A DNA stretch of 64,000 bases from Myxococcota bacterium (GTDB lineage: Bacteria; Myxococcota_A; UBA9160; UBA6930): positions 1,730,578 to 1,794,577 of the forward strand of contig OZ245002.1 in the NCBI GenBank assembly GCA_965223415.1. The letters run 5' to 3'. A model generated the notes under the pieces. The model ran no database searches. It was not told the DNA's origin and worked only from the letters and a program-made list of their open reading frames with translations. Made by a program: the position numbers and the translations under genes. This document shows, in pieces, positions 1 to 8,309 of this stretch (within the stretch, counting starts at the first letter, position 1; each line of letters starts with the position of its first letter).

Positions 1-234
1 GGCGGCGTCGAGAAAGCCGCCGAGAGCGTCGGCGTCCACCACGTCGCAGGGAGCGGCGTAGGCGCGGACGCCGCGGGACTCGAGCTCCTTGGCCGTCGAC
101 TCGAGGGGTCCCTCGCTGCGCGCGCAGATCGCGACGTTCGCTCCCTCGTCGGCGAACGCCAGGGCCGTCGCCCGCCCGATGCCCTTGCTGCCGCCGGTGA
201 TCACCACGTTCCTGCCCGCGAGCCCGAGATCCAT
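1..234 (-). CDS. Short-chain dehydrogenase/reductase (SDR). Only the N-terminal part is in the window; the gene runs off the left edge.
   Basis: Reverse translation from the ATG at comp. 232-234 gives MDLGLAGRNVVITGGSKGIGRATALAFADEGANVAICARSEGPLESTAKELESRGV..., with the classic SDR TGxxxGIG Rossmann motif. A GAGGAGGA Shine-Dalgarno lies just upstream (comp. ~239-246). Confidence 0.85.
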   Translation of the reverse strand, partial: MDLGLAGRNVVITGGSKGIGRATALAFADEGANVAICARSEGPLESTAKELESRGVRAYAAPCDVVDADALGGFLDAA

Positions 235-506
235 GTCGTCCTCCTCGATCCGGGCATGCTATCGCGAACCGGCAGCCTCGCCTCAGCCCACGGGCTGGAG
301 CGTCCGATGAGCGGATATGGCGTCACGGGACTCCAGTCGCGCCTACCACTGCGATCGCTGTGGCTCCGAGGCCGGGCGCCCCGGCGGATTCGTGATTGCC
401 ATGCCTCCCGAGTCGCCGGGCTGGGGAGCGCTGTACCCGGTCGCCTCCTTGCTGGCCAACGTCTTCGTCTTCCCGGCCTTGCTCCTCCGACCGCTCGCTC
501 GACCGG

Positions 507-980
507 CTACCAGTACCGGACCGGCTCGACCCCCTGGGCGTCGACCAGCTCGGCCTTGACGGCGGCCACGTCGTAGCAGTTCAGCTCGAAGCGGTTGTCC
601 CAGGGATCCAGGAAGTCGAACGCGTAGCAGAGGTCGAAGTCGATCACGTCGTCGGGGCGGAGGGGCGCACCGCGGGGGCTGCGGATGTCACTCCCCTCGA
701 GTTGGCCGGCGAAGGCCAGGAAGGCCGCGGCATCGACCCGGAAGGCGGCCCCCATCTCGAGGGTGGTGCGCTCGTGACCGCCGCCCGCCTGGAAGAGCGC
801 GATGGCGCTGCGGCCGCCGTCCGCGGAGAGGTGGAGCGGCCCGCCCTCGATCTTCGTCCAGGGCTCGGCCTCCGGTACCGGGCGAAAGCCGAGGCGCTCC
901 TCGTACCAACGTGCGGCGGCGGCGCGATCGGGTACGACGACGTGCACATGATCGAGAGAACCCATCGCGAACGAGCTCAT
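507..980 (-). CDS. VOC (glyoxalase/bleomycin-resistance/dioxygenase) family protein
   Basis: This is the inner part of ORF 507..1313. The ATG at comp. 978-980 gives MSSFAMGSLDHVHVVVPDRAAAARWYEERLGFRPV...FDFLDPWDNRFEL, a VOC-fold pattern. The start overlaps the upstream stop (ATGA). Confidence 0.75.
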   Translation of the reverse strand: MSSFAMGSLDHVHVVVPDRAAAARWYEERLGFRPVPEAEPWTKIEGGPLHLSADGGRSAIALFQAGGGHERTTLEMGAAFRVDAAAFLAFAGQLEGSDIRSPRGAPLRPDDVIDFDLCYAFDFLDPWDNRFELNCYDVAAVKAELVDAQGVEPVRYW

Positions 981-1804
981 GACGTCGGTCCCTTCTCCGC
1001 GAGGCGCTTCATGAAGCCCCACTGGTAGCCCTCCGGGTCGGCGACGGTAAGCATCCGGACGCCGTAGGGCTGGTCTTCGGGCGGCCTGGCCTCCACGCCG
1101 GCCGCCTTCACCCGAGTGTAGACCGCGTCGACGTCGTCGACCCAGACGCCGACCCAGAGCGGCAGCGGCTTGCCGTCGGGGTCGCAGATGCGACGGCCGC
1201 CGCCGTCGAGCCACAGCTCGGTGGCACCGACGCGCATCTCCGCGTTCTGGACCGTGCCGTCGGGGTTCGACCAGCGGCCCTTCTCGACGAAGCCGAAGAC
1301 CCGCGCGTACCACTTGAGCATCGCCGCCGCGTCCTCGTAGAACAGGTAGGGGACGAGGCCGGTCACGGTCATGTCAGGGGTCCGGGCGAGGTGCGCTTCG
1401 AACCAGCGCGTGACGATGTGCCAGCCGTGGCGGGACACCCGCTTCGCCTCTTCCGGGTCGAGCTGGTCGAGGCCGCGGGTCTCGATCGAGACCCGGGTTC
1501 CCCCGGCGATCGGATCGAAGAGGACGTCGATCTCGCAGTCCTTCTCGTCGCGGAACACGAGCCGCCGACCGGGCTCCCAGACGGTGATCGTCCCGATGGT
1601 CGGGCCCTCGCCGGTCGCTGCATCGTGGACCTCGACGAGGCGTCCGCCGACGCCGGGCTCGACGCGCATGGCGACCGCACGCCGGGCGTCCTTCACGGTG
1701 TGCCGGCCGATCCGGTACCAATCGCCGAACTCCTCCGTGAAGACCCGGAACGCCTCGGCCGGCGCCGCCCGGACCTCGACCGCCAGTCGCACCGAAGCCT
1801 CCAT
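977..1804 (-). CDS. Fusion protein: SRPBCC/AHSA1-like domain plus VOC (glyoxalase-like) domain
   Basis: These are the last 275 codons of the artefactual 1721-aa ORF. MEASVRLAVEVRAAPAEAFRVFTEEFGDWY... (~144 aa, SRPBCC-like) continues without a stop into MTVTGLVPYLFYEDAAAMLKWYARVFGF...GVRMLTVADPEGYQWGF (VOC-like). There are ATGA overlaps at both ends. Confidence 0.7.
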   Translation of the reverse strand: MEASVRLAVEVRAAPAEAFRVFTEEFGDWYRIGRHTVKDARRAVAMRVEPGVGGRLVEVHDAATGEGPTIGTITVWEPGRRLVFRDEKDCEIDVLFDPIAGGTRVSIETRGLDQLDPEEAKRVSRHGWHIVTRWFEAHLARTPDMTVTGLVPYLFYEDAAAMLKWYARVFGFVEKGRWSNPDGTVQNAEMRVGATELWLDGGGRRICDPDGKPLPLWVGVWVDDVDAVYTRVKAAGVEARPPEDQPYGVRMLTVADPEGYQWGFMKRLAEKGPTS

Positions 1805-2127
1805 CAGCGGACCCTGCCTTCCACGTGCCTCTGGAAGCGCGTCAGCTGCTCGGACCAATGCGCCCGCACCTCGGCGAGCCATCGCTGGAGATCGTCGATG
1901 CGGTCTCCGCGGAGCCGGTAGATCCGGGCCCGGGCGTCGTCGTCGGGGGTCTCCGCCTCGACCACGCCGTGCTGCCGCAGCACCCGCAGATGGCGGCTCA
2001 TGGCCGGGCGTCCGACGCCGACCCGGTGAGCGAGCTCGCCGGCCCGGTGGGGCCGATCCCCGAGGAGCTCGACGACCCGCCGGCGGGCCGGATCGGCGAG
2101 CGAGGCGAGGATGGGATCGACGGCCAT
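1804..2127 (-). CDS. ArsR/SmtB family transcriptional regulator
   Basis: MAVDPILASLADPARRRVVELLGDRPHRAGELAHRVGVGRPAMSRHLRVLRQHGVV is a winged-helix HTH typical of ArsR/SmtB. An alternative in-frame ATG lies at 2151. The stop overlaps the next start (ATGA). Confidence 0.85.
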   Translation of the reverse strand: MAVDPILASLADPARRRVVELLGDRPHRAGELAHRVGVGRPAMSRHLRVLRQHGVVEAETPDDDARARIYRLRGDRIDDLQRWLAEVRAHWSEQLTRFQRHVEGRVR

Positions 2128-2293
2128 ATAATTTCGATAATGCGCAATCATTCATGAATTCGCAACAGAAGAATGTGCCCCTGGGGGACGGACACCAATC
2201 TGGCCGGCTTTCCGTAACCTCCTGCGTTCGCCTGCCGACACACCTCCCGGGGCCCCCTGCCCCGAGCCCCATCCCCGTCTCTGCGGAGCGCCC
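2128..2293. promoter_or_regulatory. Divergent promoter/operator region between the arsR-like operon and the 2294 gene
   Basis: This is the only AT-rich patch for kilobases (catataatttcgataatgcgcaatcattcatgaattcgcaacagaagaatg). It contains a perfect 10-bp palindrome, ATTCATGAAT, at 2150-2159, which is a plausible operator. No -35/-10 boxes could be assigned with confidence. Confidence 0.35.
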
Positions 2294-5200
2294 ATGAACA
2301 TCCTGCTCGAGATCCTCCTCGTCGCCCTCTTCGCCGTCGCTGTCTCCCGGCTGACGACCGATCCCTGGAAGGGACGACTGTTCTCGGCGCTCAAGCTGTG
2401 GCTGACCGTGCGCATGGTGTGGCTGCTCTCGGTCTGGCCGGTGACGCTCGAGGACGGAACGACGGCGCCGATCTGGCGGGTCGTGATGGACACGGCGGCG
2501 GCCATCGACCCGAGTGTGTTCTGGTCCTTCGTGGCCCTCGCCGTCGGCGTGAAGCTCATCGGGATCTTCTCCTCGATGTACCGCTGGCAGCTGATCCTGC
2601 GCGGCCAGGGCATCGAGTTCACCTTCCGCCACATCTTCGGGACGTTCCTGATCGGGCGCGCGATCGGCTTCTTCTTGCCGAGCACCGTCGGCCTCGACGC
2701 CTACATGCTCTACGACGCCGCCAAGCTCTCCGGGCGGACCGTCGAGGTGACGGCGGGCAAGTTCCTCGAGAAGGTGATCGGCTTCAGCGGCATCTTCATC
2801 TCGTTCCTCGTCGCCCTGCCCTTCGGCGTGGCCATCTTCGGCGAGCACGGCACGACCGTCGCGATGGTCACCATCCCCATCGCGAGCGGTGTGATCGTCG
2901 CGCTGATGATGCTGCTCTGGTTCCCGGGCATCGTGCAGTGGTTCCTCGAGAACGTGCCGATCCCCGCGAAGGCGCGACTGCAAGGCCTGTTGACCCGCGC
3001 CTCCAACGCGTCGGCAGCCTATCGGGACAAGAAGGGCCTCGTCGTCCTGCTCTTCTTCCTGAGCTTCCTGGTGCACTTCACCACCGCGGCCATGTACTAC
3101 TTCACGGCCATCGCTGTGGGTGTCGGCGACCGCGCCGAGTTCTGGCCGATCGCCTTCGGCTCCTCGATCCAGATCTTCGCGACGGTCGTCGGCCCGACGA
3201 TCGGCGGCATTGGCATCCGCGAGGCAGCCCAGTACGCGCTCCTCGGCAACCTGCTCGGGCCCGGCGGCGCGATCCTCTCGGCCAGTCTGGGCTTCCTGGC
3301 CGCCGAGGCGCCGACGGTGCTCGGTTTCGTGATCTGGCTCGTGCGCGGCGACGGCTATCGCCCCGCGGTCTGCAAGGTGGACGGCGTACAGGTGGACTAC
3401 GACGAGGCCGCCAAGGCGGCGCTCGCCCTCGAGACCGAAGAGGAGCGCGAGGCCTGGAAGGACTCGCCCCACGTCTCGGTGCCCCTGGCCAGCCGCATGC
3501 GCGACGGCGCCGCCTACGGCCTCGGCGCGGGCATCCTCGCCGGCCTGCTCGTGGGCCTGCCGGAGACCCTCGCCATCGCGGCGGGCGGGTTCGGCACCGA
3601 GGCCCAGGTGCTCTGGTACGGCCCGCTCGCCTACGCGGCGTTCTTCGGCGCCCTGTGTCTCGCCGGCGGCCTGGTGCTTGCGGTGCTGCCCATGAGCCGG
3701 GAGGAGATCCGCGGCTGGACGCCCTCGCTGGCGATCCTCGCGACGGCGGTGCCGATCGGCCTGGCGGTGACGGTGTTCCGCCTGCGCCGTGACCTGTACG
3801 CGGAGCAGATGCCCCCGCTGCCCGTGCTGCTCGCGGTGGTGGCCGGCTTCGGCGTCCTTGCGCTGCTGCTCTTCTTCGTCGGCCCGCGGCTCTTCCGCGG
3901 CGGCCTCGGCACCCTCGCGAAGCCGCTGCCGGCGCTGGGACTCGCGGGTCTCCTCGGCGTGATCGGCGCCCTCGGCACGGGTGCCGTGAACCTGGTCGAG
4001 ACCGGCGGCGCCGCACCGAGCGTGGTGCCGGTGCAGCTCGCCGAGCGCCCGAACCTCATCCTCGTGATGGTCGACACCCTGCGCGCCGACCACCTTTCCT
4101 GCTACGGCGGCCCGGTGGAGACGCCGAACCTGTGTCGCGTCGCCACGGACGGCGGCACGATCTACGACGGCTTCAGCCACTCCTCCTGGACCAAGCCAGC
4201 GACGGCGACGCTGCTGACCTCCCTCGTGCCCACCAGCCACCGGGCGATGTCGAAGCCCGCGGCCCTGGGCCCCGAGATCGACACTCTCGCCGAGGAGCTC
4301 CAGAGCCACGGCTACGCCACCGGCGGCTTCGTCTCGAACACGAACCTGACCGAGAGCTTCGGCTTCGCTCAGGGCTTCGACGAGTACCACTACCTGGGCC
4401 CGGACTACCTGTTCGGCGCCCAGGAGTCGTCGTCGAAGCTGGTGATGTACCAGATCCTGCGGCGGGTCTGGTTCGCGCTGCCCCAGGGCCTGCGCTTCGG
4501 CGATTTCTACCAGGATTCGGAGGTCGTGAACGGCCACGCGATGCCGTGGCTCGAGCGGCACAAGGACGCCCGCTTCTTCCTCTTCCTCCACTACATGGAT
4601 CCGCACGATCCCTACTTCGAGCACCCGTACAACGGCTACGGCATCGCGCGGGCATCGAATCAACATCCGCCGGCTTCGATGGCGGAGGAGATGCAGCGGC
4701 TCTACCGGCAGGAGATCGCCTATCTGGACGACCACTTCGGCCGGCTCCTGAATCACCTCGAGGACCTGGGCGTCTACGAGAACACGGTGATCGCCCTGGT
4801 CTCGGACCACGGCGAGGAGTTCCACGAGCACGGCGGCTTCTGGCACGGGCTCACGCTCTACGACGAGCAGATCCGCGTGCCTCTCCTGGTGAAGTGGCCG
4901 AAGGACCGGCGCGGCGCGGTGCCCGACGCTCGCGGCGAGGTGGCGCGGCTGATCGACGTGGCGCCCACCCTGCTGGCCCAGGCCGGTGCGCCGCCGGCGG
5001 ACGCCATGCAGGGCCGCGACCTGGCAATGGACCTGTCGCTGCGAAGCGAAGCCGAGCGCATGGTGTTCGCCGAGGAGGACCACGAGGGCAACGTGCTGCG
5101 CGCGATCCGCACCCGCTCCTGGAAGTGGATCGAAGCGAACGAGGGCAACCCGCGCGGCCTGCCCGGGAACGAGCTCTTCGACATGGTGTCCGATGCAGGG

Positions 5201-5398
5201 GAAACGCGAAATCTCCACGACCAGAAGACGAGCGTGGCTGCCGAGCTGCGGGCGCACGCCGAGGGCCAGCAACGGCTCGCCGAGAGCGGCCAGGTGGGCG
5301 AGGCCCACCAGGCCCAGATCTCTGCGGCGGAGTGCGAAGCCCTGATGGCGCTGGGCTACGTCGAGAGCTGCGACGAGGACGAGACCGCGACGCCCTGA
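2294..5398 (+). CDS. Large membrane fusion protein: N-terminal flippase-like (UPF0104, lysyl-PG-synthase TM-region-like) polytopic domain, additional TM segments, and a C-terminal sulfatase/alkaline-phosphatase-superfamily domain
   Basis: 1034 aa. The N-terminus is MNILLEILLVALFAVAV... followed by many hydrophobic helices, with the pattern FRHIFGTFLIGRAIGFFLPSTVGLDAY. The C-terminal part has PNLILVMVDTLRADHLSCYGG...FSHSSWTKPATATLLTSL...LHYMDPHDPY...ALVSDHGEEFHEHGG, matching sulfatase-family metal and nucleophile motifs. The nucleophile position reads T-K-P-A-T rather than C/S-x-P-x-R. Confidence 0.75.
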   Translation: MNILLEILLVALFAVAVSRLTTDPWKGRLFSALKLWLTVRMVWLLSVWPVTLEDGTTAPIWRVVMDTAAAIDPSVFWSFVALAVGVKLIGIFSSMYRWQLILRGQGIEFTFRHIFGTFLIGRAIGFFLPSTVGLDAYMLYDAAKLSGRTVEVTAGKFLEKVIGFSGIFISFLVALPFGVAIFGEHGTTVAMVTIPIASGVIVALMMLLWFPGIVQWFLENVPIPAKARLQGLLTRASNASAAYRDKKGLVVLLFFLSFLVHFTTAAMYYFTAIAVGVGDRAEFWPIAFGSSIQIFATVVGPTIGGIGIREAAQYALLGNLLGPGGAILSASLGFLAAEAPTVLGFVIWLVRGDGYRPAVCKVDGVQVDYDEAAKAALALETEEEREAWKDSPHVSVPLASRMRDGAAYGLGAGILAGLLVGLPETLAIAAGGFGTEAQVLWYGPLAYAAFFGALCLAGGLVLAVLPMSREEIRGWTPSLAILATAVPIGLAVTVFRLRRDLYAEQMPPLPVLLAVVAGFGVLALLLFFVGPRLFRGGLGTLAKPLPALGLAGLLGVIGALGTGAVNLVETGGAAPSVVPVQLAERPNLILVMVDTLRADHLSCYGGPVETPNLCRVATDGGTIYDGFSHSSWTKPATATLLTSLVPTSHRAMSKPAALGPEIDTLAEELQSHGYATGGFVSNTNLTESFGFAQGFDEYHYLGPDYLFGAQESSSKLVMYQILRRVWFALPQGLRFGDFYQDSEVVNGHAMPWLERHKDARFFLFLHYMDPHDPYFEHPYNGYGIARASNQHPPASMAEEMQRLYRQEIAYLDDHFGRLLNHLEDLGVYENTVIALVSDHGEEFHEHGGFWHGLTLYDEQIRVPLLVKWPKDRRGAVPDARGEVARLIDVAPTLLAQAGAPPADAMQGRDLAMDLSLRSEAERMVFAEEDHEGNVLRAIRTRSWKWIEANEGNPRGLPGNELFDMVSDAGETRNLHDQKTSVAAELRAHAEGQQRLAESGQVGEAHQAQISAAECEALMALGYVESCDEDETATP

Positions 5399-5464
5399 AC
5401 CCCGCCGGGACGGGCCTGCTACCTTCCCGCGCGGTGGCGATCTGATCCGAGGGACCCCAACCAC

Positions 5465-6769
5465 ATGCGCGCCCTTCTCCTCCTCGCGCTCCTCGCGAGC
5501 GCCTTCTCTACGGCTGTGTCCAGCGAGCCCGGTGCCGTCTCCGCGGCGGCGCGAGTGCCCGGCAAGATGCAGCTCGCGATCACGAGCCCGGGCTCCGGCA
5601 GCCGCGTGGAGTCGAAGATGCACATGGCCGAGATCCGCGGCACGGCGACGGCCGGCACCGACGGCCCGCGCGGCTTCGACGTGATGCTCGTGTTGGACAT
5701 CTCGAGGTCGACCCAGACCGCCAGCGGGGCCGACGTGGACGGCGACGGCGAGATCGGCGAGGACCCGCACCAGGGCCTCTACGCGCCGGGCGAGTTCCCG
5801 GACGACGTCTACTCGACGGATCCCGAGGACACGGTCCTCCACGCCGAAGTGCTGGCGGCGCGAACGCTGATCGAGGGCCTCGACCCGGAGCGGGTGCGCG
5901 TCGGCCTGATCACCTTCTCGGGGGAGGTCGATCCGGAGACCGGACAGCGCCGCGCCCCGGAGCAGCGGGACGCCACCCTGAAGGTGCCCCTCACCCGCGA
6001 TCACGCGCTGCTGCAGCGCGCCCTCGACGGCGTCCTCACCGAGGGCCCCCATGGCGCGACCAACTTCGCCGCCGGCATCCGGCTCGCCACCCAGGAGCTG
6101 GCTGGCATGTCCGGCGCCCGCAGCCGCCCGGCCGAGCGACACAAGAAGGTGATGCTGTTCCTGACCGACGGCATCCCGAGCTTCCCCTCAGGACGCGCCG
6201 ACACCCAGGACCCGGAGGACGTCGAGGCCGCGGTGCGCGCCGCGCGGGTCTCCCAGGCCGCGGGCATCCGCATCAACAGCTTCGCCCTTGGCACCGACGC
6301 CCTGGCCCGCCCGAAGGCCGCCACCGAGATCGCGGCAGTCACCCTCGGCACCTTCACCCCGGTGATCGAGCCCGGCGGCGTCGTCGCAGCGCTCCAGTCC
6401 GTCTCCTTCGCCAACGTGGAAGACGTGGGCGTCGTCAACGTCACGACCCAGGAGCACGCGTCCGACGTGCATCTGAACCCGGACGGCAGCTTCGTCGCCT
6501 TCGTGCCGGTGAAGGAGGGCCGCAACCGCGTCATCGTCAACGCCATCGCCTCTGACGGCGGCGAGGTGAACCGAGAGCTCGTCTTCGACTTCGCCATCAA
6601 GGAAGCGGAAGACGCGGAGAAGCTCCGCGAGCTCGAGCGGCTGCGAAAGCTGACGGACGAGCTGAAGCGGTATCACCTGGCGAAGCAGATGGAGCGGGAG
6701 CGACTGCGGAAGCGGCGGATGAAGCAGGTGCTGGACATCGAGGTCCGGGACGGGACCTCCGGCGAGTAG
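5465..6769 (+). CDS. Secreted von Willebrand factor type A (VWA) domain protein with a C-terminal charged coiled coil
   Basis: There is a signal peptide (MRALLLLALLASAFSTAVSS). MIDAS-type motifs are present: VMLVLDISRSTQ, ITFSGE and LFLTDGIPS. The C-terminal helix is KLRELERLRKLTDELKRYHLAKQMERERLRKRRMK. Confidence 0.8.
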   Translation: MRALLLLALLASAFSTAVSSEPGAVSAAARVPGKMQLAITSPGSGSRVESKMHMAEIRGTATAGTDGPRGFDVMLVLDISRSTQTASGADVDGDGEIGEDPHQGLYAPGEFPDDVYSTDPEDTVLHAEVLAARTLIEGLDPERVRVGLITFSGEVDPETGQRRAPEQRDATLKVPLTRDHALLQRALDGVLTEGPHGATNFAAGIRLATQELAGMSGARSRPAERHKKVMLFLTDGIPSFPSGRADTQDPEDVEAAVRAARVSQAAGIRINSFALGTDALARPKAATEIAAVTLGTFTPVIEPGGVVAALQSVSFANVEDVGVVNVTTQEHASDVHLNPDGSFVAFVPVKEGRNRVIVNAIASDGGEVNRELVFDFAIKEAEDAEKLRELERLRKLTDELKRYHLAKQMERERLRKRRMKQVLDIEVRDGTSGE

Positions 6770-7121
6770 GGACGGGGCCGCTTCGCTTCTTGGTGCGCGA
6801 TCGCGGGGCGGCGGGTGGGGGCGGCGAGAGAAGGAAATGGTGGAGGCAACGCGAACCGCACCTTGCTGCCCAGCCGCGAGACGGCTCCACCCCTTCCTCT
6901 TCTTGGCAGTTCGGCGCCCACCCCCGGCGACTCCCGAGCCCGCAGAAGGAGCGAAGCGGCCCCAGCTTGACCACCCCCCCAACCCCCCGTACCCTCAAAC
7001 ATTCGAGCACCTCTTTAAACACGGGTTGATTTCAGGCGCTTGCAGGACCCTCGGCTCGGCCCCACCGGGACCCGCACCCGAATCTGCTAAGTGCCCTCCG
7101 CCCTAGAAAGCGGGAAGCCTC

Positions 7122-8309
7122 ATGGCGAAGCGTCCGGAACGGCCGGGTCCCTCCACCAGGGCCGTCCATGCGGGACAGCGGGAGCGCGGCGAGAGCCACG
7201 CCCTCACCCCTCCCATCCACCAGACCTCCACCTTCTGGTTCCAGGATTCGGCGGAGCTGCGCGAGTACGCGGAGGGCCGACTCGATCGCGACGAGTACGG
7301 CCGCTACAGCAATCCCACCTGGCGGGTGGTGCAGGACAAGCTCTCGGAGCTGGAGGGTGCTGACGAGACGGTGCTGTTCAGCTCGGGGATGAGCGCGGCG
7401 ACGAGCACCTTCCTCGCGCTGCTCCCCCGCGGCGGGCACATCGTCGTCACCAACGATTGCTACCGGCGCACGCGGCAGTTCATCCAGCAGTATCTCTCGA
7501 AGCTCGACGTCACCGCGACGGTCATCGAGCCTGCCGACACCGCGGCGCTGAAGGACGCGCTGCGCGACGAGACCGTCTTCTTCTTCACCGAGAGCCCGAC
7601 CAACCCGTACCTGCGAGTGATCGACCTGCCGGAAGCCGCGCGCATCTGCCACGAGCGCAGCGTGAAGGTGATCATCGACGGCACCTTCGCCACACCGGTG
7701 AACCACCGACCCCTCGAGCAGGGCGCCGACCTGGTCGTCCACAGCGCGACCAAGTACCTGGCGGGCCACAACGACCTGATCGCCGGAACGGTCTCCGGGC
7801 CAGCGGAAGAGATCGCGCCGGTGCGCGAGGCCTGCGGCGTGCTCGGCGGCATCCTGGATCCCCACGCGTCGTACCTGCTGCTGCGCGGCATGAAGACCCT
7901 GGCCCTGCGCATGGAGCGCCACAACGCGAACGGCCTGGCGGTGGCCCGCTGGCTCGAAGGGCAGCCCGAGGTGCGGCGCGTGTGGTATCCGGGGCTCGAG
8001 AGCCACCCGGACCACGCCGTCGCCACGCGACTGATGCAGGGCTTCGCGGGCGTCGTCACCTTCGAGATCGAAGGCGACCTCGAGGCGGCCGTCCGCTTCA
8101 CCGACGCCTGCCGTCTGCCCTACATCGCCCCGAGCCTGGGCGGCGTCGACTCCCTCGTGGAGATGCCCGTGCTGATGTCCTACTGGGACTATCCGGCCGA
8201 GGAGCGTCAGGCCTACGGCATCACCGATTCGCTGATTCGCCTCGCCTGCGGCATCGAGGACCCGGACGACCTGATCGCGGATCTCGAGCAGGCCCTCGGC
8301 ACCGTCTAG
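7122..8309 (+). CDS. PLP-dependent Cys/Met-metabolism enzyme (cystathionine gamma-synthase/beta-lyase family)
   Basis: STRAVHAGQ...PPIHQTSTFWF...FSSGMSA...TESPTNPYLRVIDL...DGTFATPVNHRPLEQGADLVVHSATKYLAGHNDLIAG. The PLP-lysine motif SATKYLxGH is present. Confidence 0.85.
   Translation: MAKRPERPGPSTRAVHAGQRERGESHALTPPIHQTSTFWFQDSAELREYAEGRLDRDEYGRYSNPTWRVVQDKLSELEGADETVLFSSGMSAATSTFLALLPRGGHIVVTNDCYRRTRQFIQQYLSKLDVTATVIEPADTAALKDALRDETVFFFTESPTNPYLRVIDLPEAARICHERSVKVIIDGTFATPVNHRPLEQGADLVVHSATKYLAGHNDLIAGTVSGPAEEIAPVREACGVLGGILDPHASYLLLRGMKTLALRMERHNANGLAVARWLEGQPEVRRVWYPGLESHPDHAVATRLMQGFAGVVTFEIEGDLEAAVRFTDACRLPYIAPSLGGVDSLVEMPVLMSYWDYPAEERQAYGITDSLIRLACGIEDPDDLIADLEQALGTV

Noticed and set aside
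235-506. A short minus-strand ORF (MAITNPPGRPASEPQRSQW, 19 aa) in the gap between the VOC and SDR genes.
   Set aside because: The GGGAGG lies directly against the ATG with no spacer. The codon third positions are less GC-biased than in real genes here, and there is no recognisable motif. Evidence is insufficient.
977-6142. A 1721-aa ORF on the minus strand, plus dozens of other 100-700-aa ORFs antisense to or overlapping the called genes (for example 14640..16604, 22045..24561, 30545..32920, 53614..55356, 55013..57082).
   Set aside because: The translations are Arg/Ala/Gly/Pro-rich low-complexity strings with no recognisable motifs. They lie opposite or out of frame to ORFs with clear family signatures. 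Long stop-free frames are expected by chance at this GC content. Only their terminal segments were used, and only where a real gene ends there.
6964-7121. A possible SAM or SAH riboswitch in the leader of the cystathionine gamma-synthase/beta-lyase-family gene.
   Set aside because: I could not find the conserved cores of SAM-I (GAGGGA...GCCC...AGA), SAM-II or SAH classes by eye. I did not make the call; a covariance-model scan is suggested under the 6770-7121 finding.
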